From the NCBI GenBank assembly GCA_001949185.1, contig BDGG01000001.1, positions 186,001-250,000 on the forward strand: a stretch of DNA of 64,000 nt. Reading direction: 5' to 3'. Below are positions 18,800 to 31,035 of the stretch, piece after piece. Under the pieces are notes generated by a model. That model saw only the letters and a program-made list of their open reading frames with translations. It was not told the origin of the DNA and did no database searches. The position numbers were made by a program, and so were the translations under genes. Within the stretch, counting starts at the first letter, position 1, and each line of letters begins with the position of its first letter. The DNA is from Ramazzottius varieornatus. Its lineage: Eukaryota; Animalia; Tardigrada.

Positions 18800-19450
18800 G
18801 ATGCTTTTGAAGAACTCCTTCCATATTACAGTAGACGACTGTGTCAGAATCGTCTGTTTTATCAATACAAACCGCAGATCGAGTCAATCTTTTCGAAGAC
18901 CTACCTCCACGGGCTTCTCCGCCAACCTTGTCGTCTCCAGCTGGCCTTCCGCCTATGGCAGTGCCACCTTTGCCATCTACGCCGACACAGTTAGGTCCCG
19001 CCTTGGCCTTCCCGCCTGGCCCACCATATGCGCTCCCGCCAGGTCCAGCCTCCGCGTCTCCTCCCGGTCCTACAGTGGCTTCTTGTCCTTGACAATCTGT
19101 TCGAAGCGGCAGCTATCTTGTCAAGATCGAATCATGCATCTTCGTCGGCTGTTGCGCCTGTTGATGGAGCGCCGTGGAGCTCCTGGAAGTTCCATAATAG
19201 CATCGTGCTCCACAAAAGGATCCCGGTCTTACTTAAACGGTTTGGAAACACCATCTTTCGATTTCGACCCACCAACAGGACAGCTAGGACGCAAAGTCAA
19301 CTTCGAACTACTATACAGCGCTATGCTCGAACTTGCGCTTTTTTCCAGAGAAAGCTGTCTCAACCTATCTTTTGCTTCTTGATTCAGCTTGTAGCCTCGG
19401 GCACGGAGCCTTCACCGGTATCAACTTACAGCCAATCTTACCGCAAATAG
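18800..19450 (+). mobile_element. Degenerate DIRS/Ngaro-like retrotransposon fragment (gag-like, with a possible YR N-terminus)
   Basis: A Pro-rich stretch is followed by frameshifted LQWLLVLDNLFEAAAIL / QDRIMHLRRLLRLLME / WSSWKF, and by LVASGTEPSPVSTYSQSYRK, which resembles the 'LAxSTxxxY' start of DIRS YR ORFs. Similarity is weak. Confidence 0.35.
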
Positions 19451-20025
19451 CGTCTCCGTTTCTGTGATAAGCCTCGGCTACTGACCTATGCGGGCACATA
19501 AACTTAACCATGAATCACTAAACAGTGGTCGGTTACGATTATTTTGATGCGGCGTTGTCGCTGAAAATTAAATTGATGGCCGCGTAGGTAATTCGGTAGT
19601 TTTCGACCGGATACATGAATTTCGTGTGTCCGTTTCGTGTGTTCCTTCATGAAATGATACTGTAGTGTTACCAAATTATCGCGCACTCAACCAGGTGAAC
19701 AGTAAATGATGCCCGGGTGAGAGCCTGCGACACTACAGTAATTTTGAGCGACAGAAATAGCTGAACGAGCTTCACGGAAAAGGCGCACGATAAATGACAC
19801 GCAAATCATTTGAATGTGTAGTTTGACGACCTTAGACTAGAATGTGAAAGATAACCGTGTTGATATGAGCAACAGTGCCAGTGCGATGTTAACTAACCCG
19901 ATTTTTAAACTGACGATTTGACTGCTATTCGGCGTGCTGGACATGCTTGGTAATGTAGATGGCGCTGTCACTTCCGGCGCAACTGTAAGAGAGCACTTTG
20001 TAGTGCAAAAGGGATCGCAGAGCGG

Positions 20026-21184
20026 TCACGCTGTTCCCACCAACATTCTCATCTCACCTCTGCAGATCTGGCCACCAAAGTAATTCCAAAATGCAGTTCC
20101 CCCTTGAATTTCGTTGCTTTGGCTATTACCGGCAATGTTGCATGATAGACGTAAAAATCTGGAGGTAGGTCGTGCACCGGCTCTGGTCCAGCTCACTAAA
20201 GGATCCAGAAACTCCTGGTTGCAGCTATCGCAGCGAAAGTGATGACTCCAGATCACGGTATCGGTAGGGCTTTCTCGATCGTGGATTGTGTCGACTACAG
20301 CTTTGCTCAACGGCTTCAGCATTTCATTGTCGCTGAAATCCACGGTCGCCACTCTTCTGAACTCCATAGGAGAACCATCATATCTCACTTCTGTCAGATC
20401 TTCATTTTCCTGAATCCTTAGTGTCTACAAGGAAACAACCTGAAATTTTTGTTTGAGCTCAGTTTACATTGGTATCTCCTAATAATGATGGAAATCCTGG
20501 CTTAAACACCGGCCAATAAAATTGTGAATGAGCACTGCCAAACCTCGAACTAGCACCGATCTAGAGGGTTATGTAAGCTGGAGTGCTGGACGATTCTTTA
20601 CCTGAAGCCTGCAGGACAGCGGCTGCAAAGACTCCCAGCTGAAGCTTGTCATTCCCCGATTGCCAGTCAAGCTCATTTCCGAAACAGCAGAAAGGTTCTC
20701 GCAAGAACTCACTTTTTCCCCGAAGGCCTTCACATGAATTGCTGAGAGTGTTGTTGCGCATCACTAGTTTTCTCAAAGACGTAAACCCTGCAAATTCTTG
20801 TTCATCAACACTGCCGTATCGAGAACTCTCAATTCCCAGCTCTAACAACGCCGGCCGGTTGGTATTTCGAATCAGCTCCTTGAAAGGCAGCTTGACCGTC
20901 CCTTCCCCCGCTTGCCAGTTGGAATGAGCTATGCTTAGTTTCTCCAGGTTAGGTAAGCTAGGAATAGCGGCGACATTGACTTTCTGGAAAGCGATATCCC
21001 ATAATCCCAGCTCGGTTGTTTCGGCATCAATGTTTGGAGTCTCGCCCGCAGCAGGCCAGGTTCCACCCCGGCACGTTGTGGAGCGATCGTTTTCCCGGTA
21101 TGTGCATCGCAACAAGTTTTGAGCGCTAGTTGCCACAACCACTAGACAGAAGACGAAAGCACGAACACCATAGAATATGGCCAT
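20026..21184 (-). pseudogene. Secreted leucine-rich-repeat protein (2 exons) with a frameshift
   Basis: Signal MAIFYGVRAFVFCLVVVATSA; LRRs LPNLEKLSIAHS, LLELGIESS and FAGFTSLRKLVMRNNTL. The LRR register continues only in a shifted frame near 20740 (AIHVKAF..LSAVSEMSLTGNRGMTSFSWESLQPL..LQ|TLRIQEN..VATVDFSDN), followed by LRRCT-like HFRCDSC..LVSW. Confidence 0.7.
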
Positions 21185-21719
21185 TTTGATCTTAGTGACT
21201 GAATCCAGATGCTGGTGACAATGTTGTAGCCGTTCTTGAAAATTTCTGCAGACTAGTATTACGCAGAGTAACTGTAACACATTACTGAATCACCTGCCTA
21301 CATGGTTCCCTATTGCTATTGCAATTGTATCGTTATCGTTAACGACGATTGAAACGGTTACCGATAACAGAACAACAGTGTCAGTTTAATCGTCGCTGAC
21401 AAATTACGTGTGCAGGCAGACGTCCACGAAGCTGTGCCGTGCACGTGGGTCCACGTTAGCAGACGGCAGTCTGTTAAGGCCGAAGCCAGACAGCGATGTA
21501 CTTCTGTTGTGCTCATATAGAAACACCCGTCTAGCTATAGTGTGAATCACTTTAAGGATAGAATGGACGAACAGGTTTCATACATAAGCGCTTATTTTTG
21601 TAACAGAGATATTTTGATATTTAAAGATAGGCCGATTCCTCCGCTACCTACTGAATTTTGGTCCGACATCTACAACAATACGGCTCGACGCGTCGGAGAG
21701 TTTACCAGACCAGCAGCCA

Positions 21720-22125
21720 AAAGCCCCATTTCGCACACCGTACATTATCTCTGTCAGATGTCAAGGTCAGAGAAGAAGCCGTCCGTATCCGACTGTGCCA
21801 GGCGAAGACGGATCACTTCTCCCACGGATACCACCTCACGCTCTCAGCCGCAGGCCGCTCACTGTGTCCACTGGAAGCCACTATCGCGTACCTCCAACAC
21901 CTGCAAGCCACTAGCCAAGGGCAGCCTTTCTTCGTACTAGGCTCAGGTAGCTTCCCCACTTGTCAAGCCGTTGAAACCACACTGAGGATATGCCTGCAAG
22001 ACCTCCGGACGTCCACCGGTACTCCTCCCAGTCTACGGATAGGAGCAGGCACAACAGTAGTCCGGAATGGAGTCTCTCCACAAGGCACAAGCCATTCAGC
22101 CGACTGGCCGATGGATTCGGATGTC
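21720..22125 (+). mobile_element. Tyrosine recombinase relic of a DIRS/Ngaro-type retrotransposon
   Basis: LSDVKV..VRIRLCQAKTDHFSHG..LCPLEAT..QPFF..SLRIGAGTT..NGVS, then frameshifted AIQPTGRW. These are the YR motifs KTD, CP, (H)SxRIGAAT and IQxxGRWxSD, now degraded. Confidence 0.8.
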
Positions 22126-22473
22126 ACCCCCGCTTCCTGCTATGTCTTCCTGAATTTTCTTCCGCCAGCCAAGTCTGTCTCGATCGAAAGAGAAAACTCT
22201 CCTGTATCTTTCTGCCGTTTCAGTTTGTGAAATAAGACTGGAGCGACGGCAGAGTTCCCCTCCTGAGATCTTCTGCCTTGCTCTTTGTTACTGTGCCATA
22301 ATCAGATACAAAATGCAAAGGAGTCTTTTACGCTGAGCTTGAACGTTCCGCGATTGAGCTAAATGGCTCAGATCCTAGAAGAGGCTCGTTTCACCGGGAC
22401 AGTTTGGCATTCATGGCTTGAGGACAGGCATAGTCCCCTTGCATTATTATTAATGCCCTAACCTTCACTCGAA

Positions 22474-25400
22474 CTACCAGTTCTTGTTTTTATTGCTGTA
22501 AATGTACGTTCTAGCTTCGTGCATCAGTTCTTCATTACACTCCCGTAACCCACATTGCAGAGCAGTGGCTAAACACTTCTCAGCTTTGCTCATCTGACAA
22601 CTCCGATAATAAACCATAGCTAAATAGGCCCATGTCTCAGGGACAGTATTATCCAGATTGTTCGACTGACACAACGCCACTTCCGCGTTCACAAAATCTT
22701 CCAAATGAAAACTAGCCACTCCACAACCCAACCAGTTCAACGCAGTACCATGTAACTTTGCAGCCAGATGGAACATCTCTTTTGATTTCTTCCAGTCCTT
22801 CTGTTCCTTAGTCGTCAACCCATACCGACAGTACACTTCATACATTTCCGTCGAATGAACATCTTGATTCAGCGCTTCATCGTAACATTCCCTCGCTTGA
22901 CTGTACTCTTTTTGGCGACAAGAAAAGTGGCCTTTCATTACCAAATACCGTGTGTTCTTCCCGTTGTCACTTTTGTCCAGCTCATTCATCAGTTCCCTCA
23001 CTTCAGCGAAATTCTTTCTGGAGATCCAACTCGACATCGCTGCTTTCCATAATGTCGGGCTCGTGACGTCACAAACACCGTTTAGTTTCGCTGTACATTT
23101 TGTCGCAAACCGATACAAGCCAAGCGAGGCGAAAGCTGGAAGGCTCACGTAGAAAATATTATCCAGAAGCCCGCCTTTGATAAACGTCTTCCGTCTCCGC
23201 TTTTTATCGAAATATTCCAGAGTTTTCCACGGTTGAAATAAACCGTTATTTTTACGAATAGTTTCTTGCTTGACAGACGAACTTTTCTTGGCAGGACAAA
23301 AAGGACGTAGTAAATCTTTTAGTATTTTCTGTGACTTTTCCAACGAGGCAGTCTTTCGGGGAAGGTTACTCGGTACTTCGCCCTTCATTAAACTCTCCGC
23401 ATCTTTTATCTTCTTTTCGTAAACCTTCAGCCTTTCAGCCGGTAAACCAAGCAAAAAATTGGCTTGATAGTAGACTCGTTCTTTGATAAGTTCGATCGCG
23501 CCAGTCGAATCCACAGACAAATTCTCATAGAAGAGCCCAAGCGCAGTGTACGCTATTGGTGAATTCGACAACACAGCTGCCGCTTCGAAGAACGGCAAAG
23601 CGTCGTCGGTTTTCTTCTCTTCAAACAACGCATACCCGATCAGCAACATTCTTTCAACATTCTGCTCGTCATACTTCATCGATTCCGCGAAACTTTCCAC
23701 CGCTTCGCGGAGCTTCCGATGCTTTAGCTGGAACTGCCCCAGTTCGACCCAGTACTGAGCGACTTCATCCGACGTCTTTCCGGCTTCGGTTGATTTGTGT
23801 ATTCGTAGAAGTAAATAATGTTCGGCTTTTGGTAATTTTTCTTCAATTTCAGCTTCTATAGCCAGCATCCTCAAATGCAAAGCCTGGCTTTCTTTGTTCT
23901 TCATCGGGTGCTTCGCTTTTTCCTCTTCATGGAAAGTCAAACTGTGGCTGATTTCTCTCACCAAGTCACAGTATAGCTCAGAAAGGAAATCATTGTACTG
24001 TTCCGGGTCCTCTTTGTCGAGGCTCTTCGTTCTATAGAACCTATCACGAACTATCCTTACGATGAAGTCTTTCAGATGCGTTCGCAAGTAGCACGTTTCC
24101 CCCGCTTTGTGTAACGCAGCTTCGACGTTGCTGTCCACAACTGCCCAGTCTGTATGCTTTCTCGACTCTTTCTCGCACAACGAATAGATCAACCGACATG
24201 TCGACGAGATCTCCTTGCGTAACTCCTGCATGGCTCGGAGTCCGTTGTCCGCTGGGAAGAGCGTCTTTGGATGAATCGACTGAATATTCTCCACCGTTAT
24301 CTCCGGCTTCTCGATCCGTTTCTTCGGGACGAGGGGTTTTAGTAGAGTGATGGATGCGGACATGTAGGATTGACTGGTAATGAACAGGTGCTGGTCAACG
24401 TCTTCGCGCCAAGATGCGGTTGGCGATATGGGCGTCTCGTGAGAAGTGGCGGAAGAGGGCGCCATGGACCTGCGGAGACTAATGTTGGATGGGTGGGCGT
24501 CGATAGGTTTCTGTTTGCTCGTGGATAGGATCGTGGGTTTATCGAATTCAGGTAGGGCGGATGGTGCGGTAGGCGTGGCGAAGAGTTCTTGGGCGACGCT
24601 TTTGCGACCGGTTTTCTCGGTGAAGCTGCGGACGTCATATGGCAAAAGGGGAGATCGTCCCTCGGTATGCTTTGCGCCTAGAAAAAAGTAATCACCAGAA
24701 AAGTAAGAACTCTCAGTCTTATGAAAACACCACCACTGAGTTAGGCCTTCTGTCTACGAAGTTTCAATCGACTGAAACGTATACGGTAGAAAAATAGAAC
24801 GCAGTCTCACCGTACCAGGGAAAAGTAACGGCGACAGATCAAGGAAAGCCACCCCATGTTTGGTAATCATGGCTTCCTCCGCCGCCGTATTCTGCACTTC
24901 GGCGTTCTTCTTCTTCGTCGTGCTGGTATGCTTCTCCGGTACCGTCACAGAGAAGACCTCCACCGGCCAGACCTTTGCCGCCACTGCTTTCGTCTTGAAG
25001 GCTTCTTCCGCGTCCTTGGCCAACACACAACGAAACTCCGTCCTGACCACTGTGGACGGCTGTCCTATAACCCCACTGCCCCTTCCCTCCTCCGTCTTTT
25101 TCTTATTCGTATGGTTAAGACCTGATCCAAGTCCGTTCTGATGCGGAGCTTCCATCATGTGCACAGCCTTGGCGAAGAACAGTGGATTCACCGGCCAATG
25201 AATCAGTCCTTCATGATGGAACTTCTCCTTGGATAAATCCTCTTGTAGCACTTTGTTAGAGAGGATCAGATACCTTTCATGTTGCACAGTGGTCGGTAGG
25301 AAGGTGGATATGGTAAAAGTCGGTGTAGGCAGACTATGTGACCCCGTGTGCGGAGTAGTCGGCAACCAAGCAGTGGGCATGGAATAACAGCCGTCGATTC

Positions 25401-26037
25401 TGAAGCGAAGAATATTGAACGAATCAGCGTAGTCTTTGGGGATAACCGGTTCGCCGTTCTCCGACTTGACTTGTAGCCTGACGGCTGCGTTCTCTGGTAA
25501 GAATGTCGTGCAGGAATCGGCGTCCACGCTTGGTGGGAATATCGGCAGGGTTTTGCTGACTAAAGTTTCACCTGTGACGAAAGGTAGTAGGTCGATAAAG
25601 CATTGGCCTATCAGTTCGACTTTCTCCTCCGGCGCAGTTTTCTTCTTGGCGTCTTTGACGATGTACTCAATCTCATTGAAGTTGACAACGAGAGGGTGGT
25701 GGATGAGGTTGTCAATATCCCCGAACGTCAAGACGTCGAAGGAGAGTGGCAAGTGTAGGTCGAGTTCGGCCGAGAGGGATGCCAGTAGTAACGTCTCGCT
25801 GGTGGCCACGAGTTTGTCGGGCGTGAGGAAAACCTTGACTTGGATAGTCCATTCGCCATATTCGCGGATTTTGAAAATGTTGAAGTTGCTGAGCTGAAGG
25901 ATAAGAAGGTCGAGGGAGATTTTGAAGACGCTGGTTGGAGGAGGAATGACGGTGGGTGAGGCGGCTATGACAGCTGACTTGGTAGGGCTCTTGGTCATGC
26001 CACGCTCTCGCGCTTCCTTGTCGTGCGATTGCAACAT
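22474..26037 (-). CDS. CFAP70: Cilia- and flagella-associated protein 70 (TTC18)-like, C-terminal TPRs; 2 exons (intron 24678-24815)
   Basis: N-terminal C2-like region (IGQCFIDLLPFVTGE); HGVAFLDLSPLLFP|GAKHTEG; LKDFIVRIVRDRF..FLSELYCDLV; TPR array ending WLGCGVASFHLEDFVNAEVALCQSNNLDNTVPETWAYLAMV. The start could instead be ATG 25998. Confidence 0.85.
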
Positions 26038-26330
26038 TATCCACTTGTCCAACCTCCCTCAAAATAAAACCGGCTTACACATCTAACCTAAACGGACTTT
26101 AAGCAATCTCTCCACGATAAACCATCCAAAATACGGACCAAAAATATTCGAACAAAAATCAGACCAAAAATCAGAAATATATCAACTTGTCCGATGGGAG
26201 GTATTGAAGTACTGGCTGCCCAGCTTCACTTGTGCATTGCGTCTTGCAAGCCTCTTAGTGGAACCAAGCGCGATGACGTCAGTGCGGCTGATGCACGGGA
26301 TCTCTGTTGAGCTGCGCGGGATACGGTAAC

Positions 26331-26343
26331 GTTGCTCGGTGAC
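26331..26343. promoter_or_regulatory. RFX X-box in the CFAP70/orphan bidirectional promoter
   Basis: The reverse complement GTCACC-G-AGCAAC fits GTNRCC(N0-3)RGYAAC exactly. A TGACGTCA site lies nearby at about 26274. Confidence 0.55.
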
Positions 26344-26493
26344 AGCCACTGTTACCGATCTAAGTTCCCTTTGTTGTAGTTTTAAACTTTAGAAGGCTTT
26401 GCGAAATTTAAAGTTGGACGGTAGAGTTCAAATGATTGCACAGTAACCGTCGCCAGATAAGTTTCTTCGGGCTTTCTCAACCTATAGTGAAGA

Positions 26494-27231
26494 ATGCGCC
26501 GTGGACGCTCTTACGATCCTAAGGGTACACCGAACCCCGAGAGCTCGCGCGCCGTCGACGCTCTGCTGGCCAAACCCATGCTGCTGGATCTTGTGAGCCA
26601 GTTCCTGCACCGTTCGACTCGCCTCGACTCCAACAGCCCCATCTCCGACGTCAAGTTCCTTTCGGCCAACGACATCCTTGACCTGCTGGCTCCGACCATC
26701 GGTTGCTGTTACCCCCTGGTCGAGCACACCTCCGTGCCCACCAGAGAACGACATCGCGCAGACCACGACAAGCGCCACAACGGCGCCGATCAAGGACGTT
26801 CCAACAGCACTCGACGTGGTCGACCCAAAGTCAAGAAGGAGAAAGTGGCAACGGCCAAAGATGTGCCATCAACGTCCGCACAAGACAGTCCTCCACTGGA
26901 CTTTGCCCAGCTGGACAAGGAAGGTCCGACCGATGGACCTAGTGTCAAGCAGCTGGTAGAACTGTATGGTCAGACGCAGGAGCAGAACAAGCGGACTGCG
27001 GGGGAGATTGTCAAGTTGAAGCAGGCGCTGCTGAGGGACTATGCCGGTGTCATGACCGAACATGATTTGGATCTGTTGATTGGCAATGCCAGACATCCCT
27101 TGAGGAAACAGACGTTGGTCGACAGTATTCAGCACTTGTTTGCTACCAGAAGGAAGAATGATTATTATAACTTTCAGCATCACCATAATGCTTTCGATAC
27201 TGATTCGTACAAACGAATGCGAAATTTCTAA
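26494..27231 (+). CDS. Uncharacterised 245-aa protein with a possible degenerate EF-hand-like C-terminus
   Basis: Single long ATG-initiated ORF with coding-like composition, divergent from CFAP70. GEIVKLKQALLRDYAGVMTEHDLDLLI weakly recalls a calmodulin C-lobe. Confidence 0.55.
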   Translation: MRRGRSYDPKGTPNPESSRAVDALLAKPMLLDLVSQFLHRSTRLDSNSPISDVKFLSANDILDLLAPTIGCCYPLVEHTSVPTRERHRADHDKRHNGADQGRSNSTRRGRPKVKKEKVATAKDVPSTSAQDSPPLDFAQLDKEGPTDGPSVKQLVELYGQTQEQNKRTAGEIVKLKQALLRDYAGVMTEHDLDLLIGNARHPLRKQTLVDSIQHLFATRRKNDYYNFQHHHNAFDTDSYKRMRNF

Positions 27232-27295
27232 GGAAGACCCTGAATAAGCCGCTTGATTCGTTGTTCTGTCTTCAAATGGGACGTGGACAATTGGG

Positions 27296-27480
27296 CTCAA
27301 CCAGATCTTTATCTCAAGTTACGCACACTTCGAGCCGATATCAGTCAAAACAAGTGACACTCCAGAAAACTCGACAAAATCGTTATCCCAAGTGGCGCAC
27401 ACTTTTAGCCAGTAATCATGAAAAATTACGCCACTTGGGAAAACGAGCGTCTCAGTTTTCCCAAGTGAAGCATGTTTCGA
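27296..27480. repeat. AAGTGGCGCAC hairpin-unit repeat cluster
   Basis: ctcgacaaaatcgttatcccaagtggcgcac-N-tacgccacttggg plus flanking degenerate units. Confidence 0.75.
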
Positions 27481-27507
27481 TTGATATTTGGCCCGGAGTC
27501 TGCGCTA

Positions 27508-28247
27508 CAGGATGATCCCTGTAGGTTAGAACGATTTTGGAAATTCGTGGTAAAGTCGCTTCTAGCTATACAATTCCAAACTTCAACTCGTTCGATAGAG
27601 CCTGTCTTCATCTTGAATTTTTGTGAAGGTCGCCTCAACAAAACATTGATCGTTTCATTGTTGTGAGCCACTGAAAACATGAATTTTACGGGTAAGAAGT
27701 GGGAACCTCAGTTAAATTCTTTATATCTGACGAGAAAAACGATTAAATTTCCTCACAAAATTATTTCATGAAAGAAGCATGTTCGGACTGACTATTACAA
27801 AATAGACCGACCGCTCGAACACGCTGTGGACGGAGAAACTGAAACTAGTCCAAAAAAAACGCGGAAAATTTTGCTTACCCCCTCAGTTACAGCAATATTG
27901 TCGCTCACAGATCCAACCATGTGCACGAAATCGTGAATGATATTATTCTACTATAACTAAAGGGGTTTTCCAACAGAATAGCATCAGCGAAAATAATTCT
28001 GAAACGTTTCGAACGCAAGCAAACCAGCCTGAAGTGCATTGCATGTTGGTTTCTCGAAAAAGTTTTGATCTCCACCCAGTTCACGTCTTCAGCACTGAGC
28101 TCCTTCTGGACCACGACACCCCGACAAAATTTCTACACAATGTTTTTGATAGTTGTACGTATCTGGGAAAGAATTTTCGAAGAAGTGAAAGCACTGCTCA
28201 TTTTCTATTAACTTCCAAAATCGTTCCAACTTATGGGGATCACCCTG
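27508..28247. mobile_element. Tc1/mariner-type non-autonomous element (MITE), 740 bp
   Basis: TIRs CAGGATGATCCCTGTAGGTTAGAACGATTTTGGAAATT and (reverse complement) CAGGGTGATCCCCATAAGTTGGAACGATTTTGGAAGTT. TA flanks both ends (27506-27507, 28248-28249). A homologous copy lies at about 59540-60659. Confidence 0.88.
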
Positions 28248-28377
28248 TACTTGAGATAAAGATCTGGGTTAGTTCATTTGCCCACTTCCCAAATTTATGT
28301 AAATGTATTTCCCTCTCGACAAAAGTTACGGTCAACGACGACTCAAAATAATACGAGCTTTCCGTTGCCTTCCAAAT

Positions 28378-30534
28378 TCATCTGGGTATCGAGTAGCGAG
28401 GACTGCTCTCAATTTCATACGAGGAAGTTTCCCACACAGTCGAACTGTCGTCTTCATCCGCAATGGAAGGAAATCTCAGCTTGGTAACCCACTTTGAGAC
28501 TTGGTCGTGTAATACTGAGCTGAAGCTTCCTCGAAGAATTTCTTCGGCGGCGGAACGATGAGGGTTCTCTTCGGTTGAGCCTGACCGCAGTTCCTCGTCG
28601 GTAATTTCATGCAGCCGTTGTTGGAAAGTACTTGTTTCATGAACCAAGTCCGATACACTGTCGTAGACAAGAGGCATCTGTCCGTCTGTAGTTCGGCCAC
28701 CTTGCTGATCTGGTACTGGTAGAATCATCGAACGCGTCTGGGGTTTGTCTGTAGGGACTGCCGCAGGTACTGAGCGAGAATCCGTTCTTGATGGGCGACT
28801 GAAACGCCGCCATTCATTTTGCTTGACTGCTGGGCCTGGTTGGCTAAAAGGAAAGCCTTGCATTCGATCAGAGGGATGCTCGACTTCGTTTGAAACTGAC
28901 AGGCGCATTTCCTCATTTGTATCTCTACCTTCCAACTGTGCAGGCTGATAATGGTTAATATCCGCAGTCTGATCAGGAGGCTGTGAAACCAGCACATCCT
29001 GACGCAGTACCTGCAATTCCTCGTCCGTGTCATACATGGTACCGGTTTCGTCTAGCAAGCTCTCTGAGTCACTGTCCTCACATTCGTCGGCCAGGTTGCC
29101 AGCATTGCGGTCTCTTTCGCTCTTCCATTTTACGATCAATTTGTTCATTCCGTCTTTGATCGTATTCCACTGCGCAGTAATCATCTGCCAACTGTCCTTG
29201 TAAGTGCTTGCCCAATACAACATGATAGAAGAAATGACCAGAACCGCGAAATATTTTATTGTGATTAAGCTGGATGGGTTCGTGACGTAAAGTTCGCTGT
29301 CATCGTTTAGCGTCGCTCCAGTCGGTGAAGTCACAATTTTCATTCCCCTTTGTTGTTTTACCGCGTTTACAAAATCAAAATTCGGTGTCACCGTGTCAGA
29401 GTCCGATGCAAGCGGGAAAAAGTTACGGGAGGCTCGGCTAAGAATCGTGGAAAATGTCTTCAGTACGTACGATGTACCGTCGATTAACCAGCCCAGACCA
29501 ATTCCCCGGAAAAAATAGGTGATAAAATCCAGCAGCGACTGGAACGATTCGCCGTTGACAACGGCTATTTTGTACACGGCGACAGTTCCGGCAGAAAAGA
29601 CCGAGTGAAGTATATCGGCCCCAAAGTAGCTGACCCACCCTAGTAGGCTCAGTGCCATATCTAACAACAACGTCAGCCCTGAGATATCAGCGACCTGCAC
29701 GACGAAACTTGTAAGATGCCGAATCAACACGAGGAAGCTGTTCGTCAAGGCTTGAAGGCCATCGAGGACGAATTCAATATCAAAGGACTGGAATGCAAAA
29801 GTCAGTATGTTCCACGTATGGTAGAGCACAGTCGAGGCGAGACTCAGTGTGGCGCGATGTGGTAGTGCCAAGACGGCAACCATGCTGGTGACCAGCAATA
29901 CGGCAATGTTGAAAAGCCATCCGAGTCCGAACCCGCGCAAAAGATACCCGAAGAATTCAACAACGTCGGCAAATGTTCGCAGTATGCCTTTTGTTGAATT
30001 CTCATTTGGAGACGTTACGGTCCCGTCCAATGGTGACGGAGAGATAGAAGCAAAAATCGTTGGGCTGCTTTGTCCATCGATGGTTATTGTAGGCAAGGCC
30101 TTGCCTACTGCTGGAATTTGTATCTGGACCTTCTGTTGTTCACTGACGACGGGCTGATGTTCGGTGGATAACGGACTGTTTGTATCAACTGACACGCGCT
30201 CGTTCCAGCCGAACTTCAGCTGCAAGGTTTCAGCAGCAGGAAATTTCAACGACATGTCAGAAGCGTTCTGGCTTATGGATGTCGAAAGCCATTTGAGGTC
30301 GAGTGGATTCCACTCCAGCCACGTCGCCAGGTCGTCTGCTCCGCCCAACGTTGTGCTGTCATTCAGTAGCGAATTTCCGCTGAGGTAAAGCTGACTGAGA
30401 ATCCAGAAAAGTCGGTGCAGTGGACTACAACCAAAATCTGGCTGGGCGCCAAGTGGAGAAGAGGAGCAAAGGGCGCTGAGGACGTTGGGCAAGTTGTAGT
30501 TTACTGTGCCATCGGATAACCCATCGAAAGACAT
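28378..30534 (-). CDS. Uncharacterised multi-pass membrane protein (about 720 aa)
   Basis: Open frame longer than 2.1 kb with several hydrophobic segments, an internal repeat (VEFFGYLLRGFGLGWL / LDFITYFFRGIGLGWL) and an acidic or disordered C-terminal tail. Confidence 0.7.
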   Translation of the reverse strand: MSFDGLSDGTVNYNLPNVLSALCSSSPLGAQPDFGCSPLHRLFWILSQLYLSGNSLLNDSTTLGGADDLATWLEWNPLDLKWLSTSISQNASDMSLKFPAAETLQLKFGWNERVSVDTNSPLSTEHQPVVSEQQKVQIQIPAVGKALPTITIDGQSSPTIFASISPSPLDGTVTSPNENSTKGILRTFADVVEFFGYLLRGFGLGWLFNIAVLLVTSMVAVLALPHRATLSLASTVLYHTWNILTFAFQSFDIEFVLDGLQALTNSFLVLIRHLTSFVVQVADISGLTLLLDMALSLLGWVSYFGADILHSVFSAGTVAVYKIAVVNGESFQSLLDFITYFFRGIGLGWLIDGTSYVLKTFSTILSRASRNFFPLASDSDTVTPNFDFVNAVKQQRGMKIVTSPTGATLNDDSELYVTNPSSLITIKYFAVLVISSIMLYWASTYKDSWQMITAQWNTIKDGMNKLIVKWKSERDRNAGNLADECEDSDSESLLDETGTMYDTDEELQVLRQDVLVSQPPDQTADINHYQPAQLEGRDTNEEMRLSVSNEVEHPSDRMQGFPFSQPGPAVKQNEWRRFSRPSRTDSRSVPAAVPTDKPQTRSMILPVPDQQGGRTTDGQMPLVYDSVSDLVHETSTFQQRLHEITDEELRSGSTEENPHRSAAEEILRGSFSSVLHDQVSKWVTKLRFPSIADEDDSSTVWETSSYEIESSPRYSIPR

Positions 30535-31035
30535 CCTTGCACGGCAGTGTGACTGAGAACAAGAAAAGGCACTGTCGAGAAAGTTCAACTCATTTCTGAA
30601 TAACCTAACCAAAGATTTCTGAAACCGAAGTCATAAATTTCTACAGTATTTTCGTTCCTGTCTAACTGGATTATTCAAGTTATGCATTCGTTCTGTTGAT
30701 TACTGGATTTGCAGGATATGAAGCACACTTTTTCCACTTCTCTACATTTTTTCATACAGACATAACTGCGGTCACTGTTGCTGAAGTGGACGTATTTTCA
30801 GTCGGTTACTTGACAACCTTGACAGTAAGCACGAACAGGAAAGCACGTTGGGATGAATGTCTACAGTAAGAGGGAAATGGATGAAGAGTGAGTGAATAGG
30901 ATGGGTAATTCATTCCTGTGTGTTTTCCCTCGCTTCATATCTGCGCTATTTACAACCTGCGATGCGCCCATCGCCGTCCCCGTGGCGGCCAAGGCGGCAG
31001 TCGGCGAGGCCCACGACTTTTTCCACCTGCCCGAC

